NCBI GenBank assembly: GCA_963838115.1
Contig: CAWIPU010000006.1
Coordinates: forward strand, 477,023-541,022
DNA length: 64,000 bases
Reading direction: 5' to 3'
From: an uncultured Chloroflexia bacterium
Lineage (GTDB): Bacteria > Chloroflexota > Limnocylindria > Limnocylindrales > CSP1-4
Positions within the stretch are counted from its first letter, which is position 1. Every line of letters starts with the position of its first letter. A model generated the notes under the pieces. That model had not been told where the DNA came from, did not search any database, and worked only from the letters and a program-made list of their open reading frames with translations. A program made the position numbers and the translations under genes. Positions 15,506-24,393 of this stretch are shown piece by piece.

Positions 15506-16228
15506 TCAGACGCCCGTCTTGAGTCGATCCGCCAGGCGTCCGGGCAGTGGCAGACGATGGATGGCCGCTTGCGTACGCTTGACGTCGTAGTCCACGCGCA
15601 GCCAGGCGACCTCCGCCAACGCCGTGTCGATGGTCATGGCGCAGGCGCGTGGGTCACCATCACGCGGCTGCCCCACCGAACCCGGGTTCAGGATGCAGCG
15701 ACGCTCGTCCAGCGTGAGTCGCCGCCCGGGCTTGGCGAGCAGCGCCTCCACCTGCCCTTCGTCGTCACGGAAGGTGAGTTGGTGATGCGTGTGACCGACG
15801 ATGCAATACGGCGTCTCGAAGGCAGCCAGATTGATGCGAGCGGCGGGGACGGAGAAGAGGTATTCCCAGAGCGGATCACGCGGGCTGCCGTGGACCAGCG
15901 TGAAGTCGCCAACCACACGCGTATCGGGAAGGCCTGCCAGCCAGTCGAGGTTGCGCTGCTGCATCGTCTCTGCCGTCCACGCCACGGCCGCCCGGGCAAG
16001 GTCGTTGAAGGCCCCCAGCGGCAGGCGACCAAGCACAGCCGCATCGTGGTTGCCCTGTATGGCCACGGCATGTTCGGTACGCAACCGTTCCACCACCTCA
16101 TCGGGATAGGGGCCATAGCCCACGATGTCGCCCAGGACCCACAGGCGGTCGCGGTCAGACATGGCCTCGAGCACGGCCTCAAGGGCGGGCAAGTTGGCAT
16201 GGATGTCGGAGACCACAGCGATGCGCAT
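15506..16228 (-). CDS. Metallophosphoesterase (calcineurin-like)
   Basis: MRIAVVSDIHANL...LGDIVGYGP...GNHD...GHTH motifs. Confidence 0.75.
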   Translation of the reverse strand: MRIAVVSDIHANLPALEAVLEAMSDRDRLWVLGDIVGYGPYPDEVVERLRTEHAVAIQGNHDAAVLGRLPLGAFNDLARAAVAWTAETMQQRNLDWLAGLPDTRVVGDFTLVHGSPRDPLWEYLFSVPAARINLAAFETPYCIVGHTHHQLTFRDDEGQVEALLAKPGRRLTLDERRCILNPGSVGQPRDGDPRACAMTIDTALAEVAWLRVDYDVKRTQAAIHRLPLPGRLADRLKTGV

Positions 16229-16260
16229 CGGCGCGAGGGTAACAGGGCCCGATGCGCAGC

Positions 16261-16320
16261 AACAGCTTCATTGACGGAACAGCTTCAGCTGTTGCGACGG
16301 AACAGCTTCAGCTCTTGCGA
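16261..16320. repeat. Tandem direct repeat (2.5 copies of GACGGAACAGCTTCAGCT[G/C]TTGC), each containing a hairpin AACAGC-TTCA-GCTGTT. Lies at the rsmG 3' end
   Basis: Seen in sequence. Possible terminator or attenuator structure. Confidence 0.4.
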
Positions 16321-17174
16321 CGCTTGCGCATGCCTGCCGGGCGCGGGTAGGCAGACGGCGTCGGCCGCTCCTTGGAGACGAAGACCAGACGATGGCCGGG
16401 CAATGACGCCGCGTCGACGTTCGCCACCTCCGGCCGACCGCCTCCGGTCGCGCGGATGATGCCTCCGGCGACTTGCAATTCGGCGCGCAGGCCGTCCCGC
16501 TCCCCTTCTCGCCTCCAAGCCACGACCACGCCACCCACCCTCGCCAGTGGCAGGCCCAGCTCGATGACCTCCGCCAGCGAGCCGACGGCGCGGGCGACGA
16601 CGAGATCCCAGGCGCCTCGATGGTCGGCCTGCTCGGCCAGGTCCTCGGCGCGCTCGGCGATGGCCTCGATCAGCGGAGTGTCGATGCCATTCGCCTCGCT
16701 GTCCTCGCCGCCGCGGTCGGCGGCAAGGATGGCGGCGACAGCCGCCCCTGCCACGCTCAGGAACCGTGCCTTCTTGCCCACCGAATCGAGCAGTCCCACT
16801 CGCGACAGGGGCAACGCTGCCGCCAGCGGCAGGCCGGGATAGCCACCACCCGACCCCAGGTCGAGGAGGGTCGCTCGCGGGCGCAGCATCTGCGAGAGGT
16901 GTCGTACCGCGCTGAGGGAGTCACACGTATGGCGGCGCGCGATGTCGCTCGGCTCACGGATGGCGGTGAGGTTGATGGCGGTATTCCAGTCACGCAGCAA
17001 TCGCGCGTGCGCCTCGTAGCTGCGCCTCGCCACGGGCCCTGCGGCCGGTGTGCCCAGCAGCCCCAGCTCGCTCAGGCCTTCGGCGACGGTCGCGTCGAAG
17101 GCCTCGCCCATCGGGGCCAGGATCTCGGGATCGGTCGGCAGCTCGCGACGCGCGTCAGCGTTCGGTTCGGTCAC
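16308..17174 (-). CDS. rsmG: 16S rRNA (guanine527-N7)-methyltransferase RsmG (GidB) with a basic C-terminal extension
   Basis: LLRDWNTAINLTAI...LLDLGSGGGYPGLPLA. Confidence 0.85.
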   Translation of the reverse strand: MTEPNADARRELPTDPEILAPMGEAFDATVAEGLSELGLLGTPAAGPVARRSYEAHARLLRDWNTAINLTAIREPSDIARRHTCDSLSAVRHLSQMLRPRATLLDLGSGGGYPGLPLAAALPLSRVGLLDSVGKKARFLSVAGAAVAAILAADRGGEDSEANGIDTPLIEAIAERAEDLAEQADHRGAWDLVVARAVGSLAEVIELGLPLARVGGVVVAWRREGERDGLRAELQVAGGIIRATGGGRPEVANVDAASLPGHRLVFVSKERPTPSAYPRPAGMRKRRKS

Positions 17175-17481
17175 GTCCCGGCCCCGTCCGGGCTCGCACG
17201 TCGTGGCCAGGAAAGGCGCCGGAAGCGACCCTCCTCATGGCCGGCTCGCGGTCGTCGTCGCGAACCTGAAACCCGGGCCAAAGCCGCTTCCGGCGCTGGA
17301 ACGTTCCTCACACCAATCGGCATTTCAGTCTTCCGAAACCCTGACGGTCGTCGCGTGCGGATCTCTCCGCACATCGCCACGGGCTGCGTTACCGTACTCC
17401 GCCACTGCACGACACCACGTAGGGCACCGCGTGGTGCAGGAAGGGCAGTGTCGCCAACGAGCGGAGCTGACGTCAAGCCGC

Positions 17482-17570
17482 TTATCCACCAACCGCGGTG
17501 CACGGGCGCACCGTTGTGGATAAGCGTGCCCGATTCGTGGATAAGCGGCCCATCAAGTGGATAGTCCACC
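17482..17570. promoter_or_regulatory. Cluster of 4-5 DnaA-box-like 9-mers (TTATCCACC, TTATCCACA on the opposite strand, CTTATCCACG on the opposite strand, CTATCCACT on the opposite strand, TAGTCCACC) plus the palindrome CGGTGCACGGGCGCACCG
   Basis: Read directly from the sequence, in the rsmG upstream intergenic region. Confidence 0.5.
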
Positions 17571-17577
17571 GCCGTGC

Positions 17578-17934
17578 CTAGGTTTCCGGCCCGGTCCGGC
17601 TCGCGCGTGCTGGCCGGCCCATGCTTCGGCGAACGACCTCCATGACCTCAGCAGTGAGGACCTCCACGTCCCCGCGCTTGACCGCCGCGGTCACACGACC
17701 GTGGACGTGGTCCTCCATCAGAAGCATCGAGACCGAGTCGATGGCGGCACGTAGCGCTGCTGTCTGTTGCAGGACGTCGACACAGTCCTCATCCCGCTCG
17801 ATCATGCGTGCCACGCCGCGGACCTGGCCCTCCATGCGTGCCAACCGCCTCAATACTTGCTCGCGTGAGCCGCTGTACGGTCGCGGAGGTCGGGCCTGTC
17901 GTCGAGTGACGCCGCCGGGGGTCGTAGCCACCAT
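17578..17934 (-). CDS. CsoR/RcnR-family metal-sensing transcriptional repressor
   Basis: DUF156-like VLRRLARMEGQVRGVARMIERDEDCVDVLQQTAALRAAIDSV...H. Confidence 0.7.
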   Translation of the reverse strand: MVATTPGGVTRRQARPPRPYSGSREQVLRRLARMEGQVRGVARMIERDEDCVDVLQQTAALRAAIDSVSMLLMEDHVHGRVTAAVKRGDVEVLTAEVMEVVRRSMGRPARASRTGPET

Positions 17935-18000
17935 GCCTCCTTGGTGCGGGGATACTGGGTGGGAGTATATCCGCTGCTCGCGACCCTGCCCTTGAGTCCG

Positions 18001-18419
18001 TCAGAGGGCTGGCGGCTTCTCGGCCAGCAATTCCAGGACTCCCCAGGTCACGATGACCATGCCCGCGATCGCCAGCCACAGGCCGGGGGCGTCGAGCGGC
18101 GTCAGGCCGTACTCCTCCTCGCCGCCGATCAGGTCGATGGCGGCGAGGAGGAGTCCAGAGAGGCCGACCAGGAGCAGCACGACGTAAGAGGAGGCGCGGT
18201 CGATGGCCAACTGCCGGCTCTTGGTGGTGTAGGGCAACAGCATGGCAACGAGCATGAGCACCGCGGCGACGAACATGATCCAACCGGGTCCCGCGAAGCC
18301 CCACGCGGTTCGCACCTCCAACACGACACCCCCAGCCTTCTGCCAGCTGAGGGGCACGGCGACGATGGCGACGAAGGCGCCGATGGCGATCAGCGTTCGT
18401 CCGCGCCCCAGTCCCCGCC

Positions 18420-18423
<4 letters not shown>
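18001..18423 (-). CDS. Hypothetical membrane protein (4 TM helices)
   Basis: Hydrophobic helices. Overlaps the hpt stop by 4 nt. Confidence 0.5.
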
Positions 18424-18977
<554 letters not shown>

Positions 18978-19025
18978 AGGCTCCGCCCTCCTTGTGCTAT
19001 TGCAAGATGGTCGATCCGCGAGAGG

Positions 19026-19451
19026 TCAATCGCTGACCCGGCTCGCCTCCGCGGTCATCGCAGCCGCAGCCACTGCGACGCGTTTGGGCGGTGGCTGGCC
19101 CTCGATCCCGATGAGTGAGGCAGCGGCGTCGAGCCGACCGTACTTCAGCATCAGCGCCTTGAAGTCCCGGGCGTAGAACAGCTTTATCCGGATCATGGGA
19201 TAGAGCTCGCGCAGATGGCGCAGCTTGCGGTTCTTCTTGCGCACCAGGCTCTGCTTGAGCGTGGTCAACTCCACGTACATGTCGAGGTCAGGCAGGTAGA
19301 AGTCAGGTGAGAACGACTCGACCACCATGCCATCGCTGTTCCAGCGGATGGGAAAGGTGCGTGGCTCGTAGCACCACTCGACCTTGTAGTAATCAAGGAT
19401 GCGCGCCAGCTCGGCCTCGCTGGCGTGGGCGAAACGGGGCGATCCGCTCAA
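19026..19451 (-). CDS. Hypothetical protein with a possible PD-(D/E)xK-like motif (SPDFYLPDLDMYVELTTLK)
   Basis: 141-aa ORF with genome-typical codon usage. Overlaps the upstream zinc-ribbon gene by 4 nt. Confidence 0.45.
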   Translation of the reverse strand: MSGSPRFAHASEAELARILDYYKVEWCYEPRTFPIRWNSDGMVVESFSPDFYLPDLDMYVELTTLKQSLVRKKNRKLRHLRELYPMIRIKLFYARDFKALMLKYGRLDAAASLIGIEGQPPPKRVAVAAAAMTAEASRVSD

Positions 19452-19858
19452 CGTTCCCGCCTGGCGAGGCGGGCCATCAACTGGTGGACGTCACCTTCGA
19501 ATGCGGCCAGCAACTCATGTGCGTCGAGCACGTCATCAGCGCTGACAGGTGGAGCATCTCCCGAGGTGCCAGAGACGTCATCGGACGCCCGTACCAGCTC
19601 ACCGCCCTCGAGCGTGGCCTTATTGCCGTCGATCTGGATGGTCACGATGGCCACGGCCTGGGAACCACAGTGGTCGCAGGCGAGATCGATGAAGAACAAC
19701 TCTTCGCGTTGCGCGATGAGATGGATGTGTCCCTGGCCGTACGCCTGTCCGCACGCTGCACAGCCGAAGGATGCCAGCTCGCTCGTCAACCAGCGCTCCG
19801 CGTCCATGTCCCCAGTGTACGGCGCGTGCCATGCGGACACGTTGCGCCCGTGTTCCAT
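19448..19858 (-). CDS. Hypothetical zinc-ribbon protein (CAAC...CDHC)
   Basis: Two CxxC pairs. Start uncertain (19858 or 19807). Confidence 0.4.
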   Translation of the reverse strand: MEHGRNVSAWHAPYTGDMDAERWLTSELASFGCAACGQAYGQGHIHLIAQREELFFIDLACDHCGSQAVAIVTIQIDGNKATLEGGELVRASDDVSGTSGDAPPVSADDVLDAHELLAAFEGDVHQLMARLARRER

Positions 19859-19987
19859 TCCGGAAACGAAACGCTGCCTCGGCACCCCCGCGCTTGCGAC
19901 GCGTGGTACAACGGGGCCATTCAACGCAGCACCGGGCGCCCGAACGTAGTAGCGGGCGAATCGAACAACCAGGGGAGGAACCATTCC

Positions 19988-20950
19988 ATGCGCATACGCA
20001 ACAAGCGAGCCATCGTCGTGTCCGCGGCAGCGCTGATGGCCTTGTCGGCCGCGGCACCCGTCGCCGCGCAGGACAGCGGGCAGGATATGCTCGCGCGCAT
20101 ACAGGAAGCGGGCGTCATCCGCATGTCCACCGACCCGGCCTATCCGCCGCAGTCGGAGCTCGTCAACGGCGAGATCGTCGGCTTCGACATCGACGTCGGG
20201 CGTGAGATCGCGACGCGACTCGGTGTCGATCTGGCCCTGGAAACGCCCGACTGGGCGCTTATCACGGCCGGTTCATGGGGTGACCGCTGGGACTTCAGCG
20301 TGGGCTCCATGACCATCACCAGCAAGCGCCAGGAGGCGCTCGACTTCACGCAGCCCTACTACTACACCCCGGCCCAGGTGGCCGCGCACGCGGACGCCGG
20401 CATCGAGACCATCGACGACCTGGCCGGCAAGACCATCTGCGTGGGCGAGGCCACGACGTACCTTGAGTGGCTCAACGGCACGCTCGATTTCGGTACCGAG
20501 ACCCCCGAAGCGGTCCCGCCCGAGGGCGTCACTGTCGTGACCCGTACCACCGACCGCGACTGCGCCCAGGAATGGGGCCTCGGCCGCATGGACTACGAAG
20601 GCTGGGTGACCTCCGCTACCGTGGTCGATGACGCCATCGCCGACGGCATCCCCGTGGTGAAGCTGGGTGATCCCGTCTACTACGAGCCGCTGGCCGTGGC
20701 CTTCGACATCAACGTCGAGGACAACGACTCGCTGGTGGCTGCCGTCGACGCCATCGTCGGAGAGATGCACGCAGACGGCACGCTCAGCGAGTTGAGCCTG
20801 AAGTGGTTCGGCGAGGACTCTCACCATGAAGGTCGGCGCAGCTGCCGACGATGCGATGCCAGAGGACGTGACGTCCGCAGAGGATGGGGAGTAGTCCTTA
20901 TCCGCTCCCTCGACCGGCGATGGGGACGCTTCGGCGTCTCCATCGCCTGA
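19988..20950 (+). CDS. Polar amino acid ABC transporter substrate-binding protein
   Basis: Signal peptide MRIRNKRAIVVSAAALMALSAAAPVAA, then an SBP_bac_3-like fold (IRMSTDPAYPPQSEL...ITSKRQEALDFTQPYY). GGAGG RBS. The C-terminal tail is unusually long. Confidence 0.8.
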   Translation: MRIRNKRAIVVSAAALMALSAAAPVAAQDSGQDMLARIQEAGVIRMSTDPAYPPQSELVNGEIVGFDIDVGREIATRLGVDLALETPDWALITAGSWGDRWDFSVGSMTITSKRQEALDFTQPYYYTPAQVAAHADAGIETIDDLAGKTICVGEATTYLEWLNGTLDFGTETPEAVPPEGVTVVTRTTDRDCAQEWGLGRMDYEGWVTSATVVDDAIADGIPVVKLGDPVYYEPLAVAFDINVEDNDSLVAAVDAIVGEMHADGTLSELSLKWFGEDSHHEGRRSCRRCDARGRDVRRGWGVVLIRSLDRRWGRFGVSIA

Positions 20951-21011
20951 CCGTTCCGGTGTCCGGGATGCTTGAGGGCCTGGTCAGTCACACATCGCAC
21001 GGCGTCTCCAC

Positions 21012-21815
21012 ATGACCGTCGCCCACGACCCCATCGTCTCCGAGATCCTGCGGGCCGATTCGCGTCGGCGCCTGCGCTTCCGGGCGGCCTTCGCGGTCAC
21101 CTGGATCCTGTTCATCGGGATGTTCCTGGTATGGCTGCTCTCGATCGAACGCTTCGACCCCGAGTTCATCCGCGCGCAGATGGCCTACGTCCTGGCGGGC
21201 GTGCCCATGACGGTGTTCGTGTCGGTCGCCTCCATCATGCTCGCCATCGTCTTCGCGCTCATCGGTGCCATCGGCCGCATCTCTCCGGTGGCTCCCATCT
21301 ACGCCTCGGCATCGCTCTACGTCTCGCTGGTCCGCGGCACCCCGCTCATCGTCCAGATCCTGTTCTTCTTCTGGGCCCTGCCACAGCTCATCCCTGAGGC
21401 CGCCCAGGTCCCGGCGCCGATCATGGGCATCTTCGCGCTGGCCTTCAACTATGGCGCCTACATGACCGAGATCTTCCGCGCCGGTATCCAGGCCGTGCCC
21501 CGCGGACAGCGCGAGGCAGCCACGGCGCTGGGCATGGGCGAGCGCCGCATCATGAGCAAGATCGTGCTGCCGCAGGCGGTGCGCATCGTCACTCCGGCCA
21601 TCGGCAACGAGTTCATCGCCATGATCAAGGACTCCGCATTGGTCTCCTTCATCGGCGTGCAGGAGCTGTTGTGGCGAGCCAAGACGCTTGGCGCAGCCAA
21701 TTTCCGAACGCTGGAGATGCTCATCCTCGCGGCGGCTGTCTACTGGATGCTCACCCTCATCCTGACCTTCTTCCAGGACCGCTTGGAGAAGCGCATGGCA
21801 CGAGGTGATCGCTGA
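21012..21815 (+). CDS. Amino acid ABC transporter permease
   Basis: EAA-loop motif region (ALGMGERRIMSKIVLPQA). Confidence 0.85.
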   Translation: MTVAHDPIVSEILRADSRRRLRFRAAFAVTWILFIGMFLVWLLSIERFDPEFIRAQMAYVLAGVPMTVFVSVASIMLAIVFALIGAIGRISPVAPIYASASLYVSLVRGTPLIVQILFFFWALPQLIPEAAQVPAPIMGIFALAFNYGAYMTEIFRAGIQAVPRGQREAATALGMGERRIMSKIVLPQAVRIVTPAIGNEFIAMIKDSALVSFIGVQELLWRAKTLGAANFRTLEMLILAAAVYWMLTLILTFFQDRLEKRMARGDR

Positions 21816-22693
21816 TGGTGGCGCTGGGTGAGGTCGTCCTGGAAGCGACCGCTATCGAGAAGTACTTCGGTGACCATCATGTGCTGCACGGCGTCAGCCT
21901 GAAGATGCGTCGGCACGAGACGGTGATGCTCATCGGTCGTTCCGGCTCCGGCAAGACGACGTTTCTGCGCTGCCTGAACTTCCTAGAGGAGCCCACCAAG
22001 GGCAGTGTGGCCATGGGGAACCTGCGCATCGAAGCGGACCCATTGCAGAAGCGGCGCCGTCAGCGGCGGGGTGACATCCGCCAGTTGCGCCAGCAGACCG
22101 GCATGGTCTTTCAGGAGTTCAACCTCTTCCCGCACATGAGCGTGCTGGACAACTGCATCGAGGCCCCCACGCACGTCAAGGGTGTCAGTCGCGACGAGGC
22201 GGTCGCGACCGCTGAACGCTACCTCGACAAGGTGCAGCTGCTCGACAAGCGCGACGAGTTTCCCGACCGCATGTCCGGTGGCCAGAAGCAGCGCGCTGCC
22301 ATCGCTCGCGCACTGTGCATGGAGCCTGAGGTACTGCTCTTCGATGAGCCCACCAGCGCGCTCGATCCCGAGCTCATCGGCGAGGTCATCGTGGTCATGG
22401 AGCAGCTCGCACACGAGGGCTCCACGATGATCGTGGTCAGCCATGAGATGGCCTTCGCGCGGGAGGCTGCCGACCGTGTGCTCTACCTTGAGGACGGCCT
22501 TATCGTGGAGGAGGGTCCGCCCGAGCAGGTGCTCGACGCTCCCCAGGAAGAGGCCACCAAGCTATTCCTGCACCGCTTCCTCAGCGAAGGCGCCAAGGCG
22601 CCGACCGCGAACGAACCCGCGCCGTCGTCACCGCTTGAGTCGGGATTCATGGGTAATACATCACTCGGCGGCCGGGGTGGCGGACAGAGCTGA
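21815..22693 (+). CDS. Amino acid ABC transporter ATP-binding protein
   Basis: Walker A GRSGSGKTT, signature LSGGQKQR, Walker B LLFDEPTSALD. Confidence 0.9.
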   Translation: MVALGEVVLEATAIEKYFGDHHVLHGVSLKMRRHETVMLIGRSGSGKTTFLRCLNFLEEPTKGSVAMGNLRIEADPLQKRRRQRRGDIRQLRQQTGMVFQEFNLFPHMSVLDNCIEAPTHVKGVSRDEAVATAERYLDKVQLLDKRDEFPDRMSGGQKQRAAIARALCMEPEVLLFDEPTSALDPELIGEVIVVMEQLAHEGSTMIVVSHEMAFAREAADRVLYLEDGLIVEEGPPEQVLDAPQEEATKLFLHRFLSEGAKAPTANEPAPSSPLESGFMGNTSLGGRGGGQS

Positions 22694-22729
22694 GCTGACC
22701 GGGACGAGTCGGCCCAGGGACCGGGCGGT

Positions 22730-23443
22730 CTAGATCTCGCCCAGGTAGGAGCGGCGCACATCCTCGTTGGCGGCCAGGCCGGCGGCAGTGTCAGACAGGA
22801 TGATGCGGCCGGTCTGGAGCACGTAGCCGCGGTGTGCGATGGTCAGTGCCGTGGCCGCGTTCTGCTCGACCAGGAGGATGGCGGCGCCCTCTGCATGGAT
22901 GCGCTCGATGGTCTCGAAGATGTACTCGACGAGGTTCGGTGCGAGGCCCATGGAGGGCTCGTCCAAGAGCAGGATGCGGGGCTTGGTCATGAGCGCCCGG
23001 CCCATCGCCAGCATCTGCTGCTCGCCGCCCGAAAGCGTGCCGGCGATCTGCGCGCGACGCTCCTTGAGCCGTGGGAACATGGCGTAGGCGCTGGCGACTC
23101 CCTCGGCAACGAGCTGGTCATCATCGACCGTGTAGGCACCCATCAGGAGATTCTCCTCCACGGTGAGCTGGGCGAAGATGCGCCGGCCCTCGGGCACCTG
23201 GACCACGCCGCGCGTCACCACCTGGTGCGGCGCCACGTGCGTAAGGTCCTCGCCGTCGAGGGTGACGCTGCCGGACTTTGGAACGAGCACGCTGCTGATG
23301 GTATTGAGCGTGGTGGTCTTGCCGGCGCCGTTAGCACCGATGAGGGTGACGATCTCGCCCTCCTCGACGGTCAGCGAGACCCCGCGGAGGGCATGGATCT
23401 TGCCGTAGTAGGTATGCAGGTCGCTGATCTCGAGCAGGGCCAT
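22730..23443 (-). CDS. livF: Branched-chain amino acid ABC transporter ATP-binding protein LivF
   Basis: GANGAGKTT, LSGGEQQMLAM. Confidence 0.85.
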   Translation of the reverse strand: MALLEISDLHTYYGKIHALRGVSLTVEEGEIVTLIGANGAGKTTTLNTISSVLVPKSGSVTLDGEDLTHVAPHQVVTRGVVQVPEGRRIFAQLTVEENLLMGAYTVDDDQLVAEGVASAYAMFPRLKERRAQIAGTLSGGEQQMLAMGRALMTKPRILLLDEPSMGLAPNLVEYIFETIERIHAEGAAILLVEQNAATALTIAHRGYVLQTGRIILSDTAAGLAANEDVRRSYLGEI

Positions 23444-23445
23444 CG

Positions 23446-24390
23446 TCAGTCCTTCCGCTGGGGCGCGGCCGGCTGTTCGAGTGTGACCGGCGCGGTCGGC
23501 TGTTGGGGCGTGGGTCCGTGCTCCAGCGCAGCAGGCAGTTCCGGGGTGACGAGGGCGCCTACCCCTGTCTGGCCCGAGTCGGCCTCCGCGGCAGCCCTGG
23601 CTCCGACGCGCTTCGCCTCGGCCTCCGCGGCAGCCTTGCCCAGGTACGCTTCGATGACGAGCTTGTCACTCTGGATCTGGGCCGGTGTTCCTTCGGCGAT
23701 GCGCTCGCCGTAGTCGAGCACGGTGATGCGCTCGCTGATATCCATGACGACGCGCATCTCGTGCTCGATAAGCAGGATGGTGATGCCGAGGTCGTCTCGC
23801 AGGCGGCGGATGAGGCCAGTCATCTCGTGCGTCTCAGCGGGGTTCATACCGGCGGTCGGCTCATCCAGCAGCAGGACCCGCGGGCTGGTGCCCAGCGCGC
23901 GCGCGATCTCCAGCCGCCGCTGGTCACCGTAGGGCATGTTGCTGGCAAGGAGGTCGTGCCGACCTTGGAGACCGACGTAGTCGAGGAGTCGGTGCGCCTC
24001 CTCCAGAGCCGCGGCCTCTTCCTCTCGCTGGCGTCTGGTGCGTAGCACAGCGTGCACCCAATTGGACTCCAGGTGCTGGTGCTCACCCACCAGCACGTTT
24101 TCGGTGGCCGTCATGTCGCCAAAGAGGCGGATGTTCTGATAGGTCCGAGAGAGGCCCAGTCGCGCGATCTTGTCCGGCCGCAATGCCTGGATCTGGGTGC
24201 CGTCAAGGGTGATGGTGCCGTCATCGATCTGGTAGAAGCCAGCGATGCAGTTGAAGAATGTCGTCTTGCCGGCGCCGTTGGGGCCGATGACGCTGACGAT
24301 GGCACCTTCGTCGAGGTCGAAGGTGAGGTCGTTGACCGCGGTCAGGCCACCGAACCGCTTGGTCGCGTTTCGTGTCTCGAGCAGGGCCAC
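23446..24390 (-). CDS. livG: Branched-chain amino acid ABC transporter ATP-binding protein LivG with an Ala/Glu-rich C-terminal extension
   Basis: GPNGAGKTTFFN, typical LivG N-terminus. Confidence 0.85.
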   Translation of the reverse strand: MALLETRNATKRFGGLTAVNDLTFDLDEGAIVSVIGPNGAGKTTFFNCIAGFYQIDDGTITLDGTQIQALRPDKIARLGLSRTYQNIRLFGDMTATENVLVGEHQHLESNWVHAVLRTRRQREEEAAALEEAHRLLDYVGLQGRHDLLASNMPYGDQRRLEIARALGTSPRVLLLDEPTAGMNPAETHEMTGLIRRLRDDLGITILLIEHEMRVVMDISERITVLDYGERIAEGTPAQIQSDKLVIEAYLGKAAAEAEAKRVGARAAAEADSGQTGVGALVTPELPAALEHGPTPQQPTAPVTLEQPAAPQRKD

Positions 24391-24393
24391 GGC

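Noticed and set aside
15152-16459. 435-aa plus-strand ORF
   Set aside because: It overlaps the well-supported minus-strand metallophosphoesterase and rsmG genes. This is the high-GC, stop-codon-poor frame artefact typical of such genomes.
19307-19987. 5' extension of the substrate-binding protein ORF (547 aa in the track)
   Set aside because: A signal peptide with a GGAGG RBS begins at 19988. The extension overlaps two minus-strand genes.
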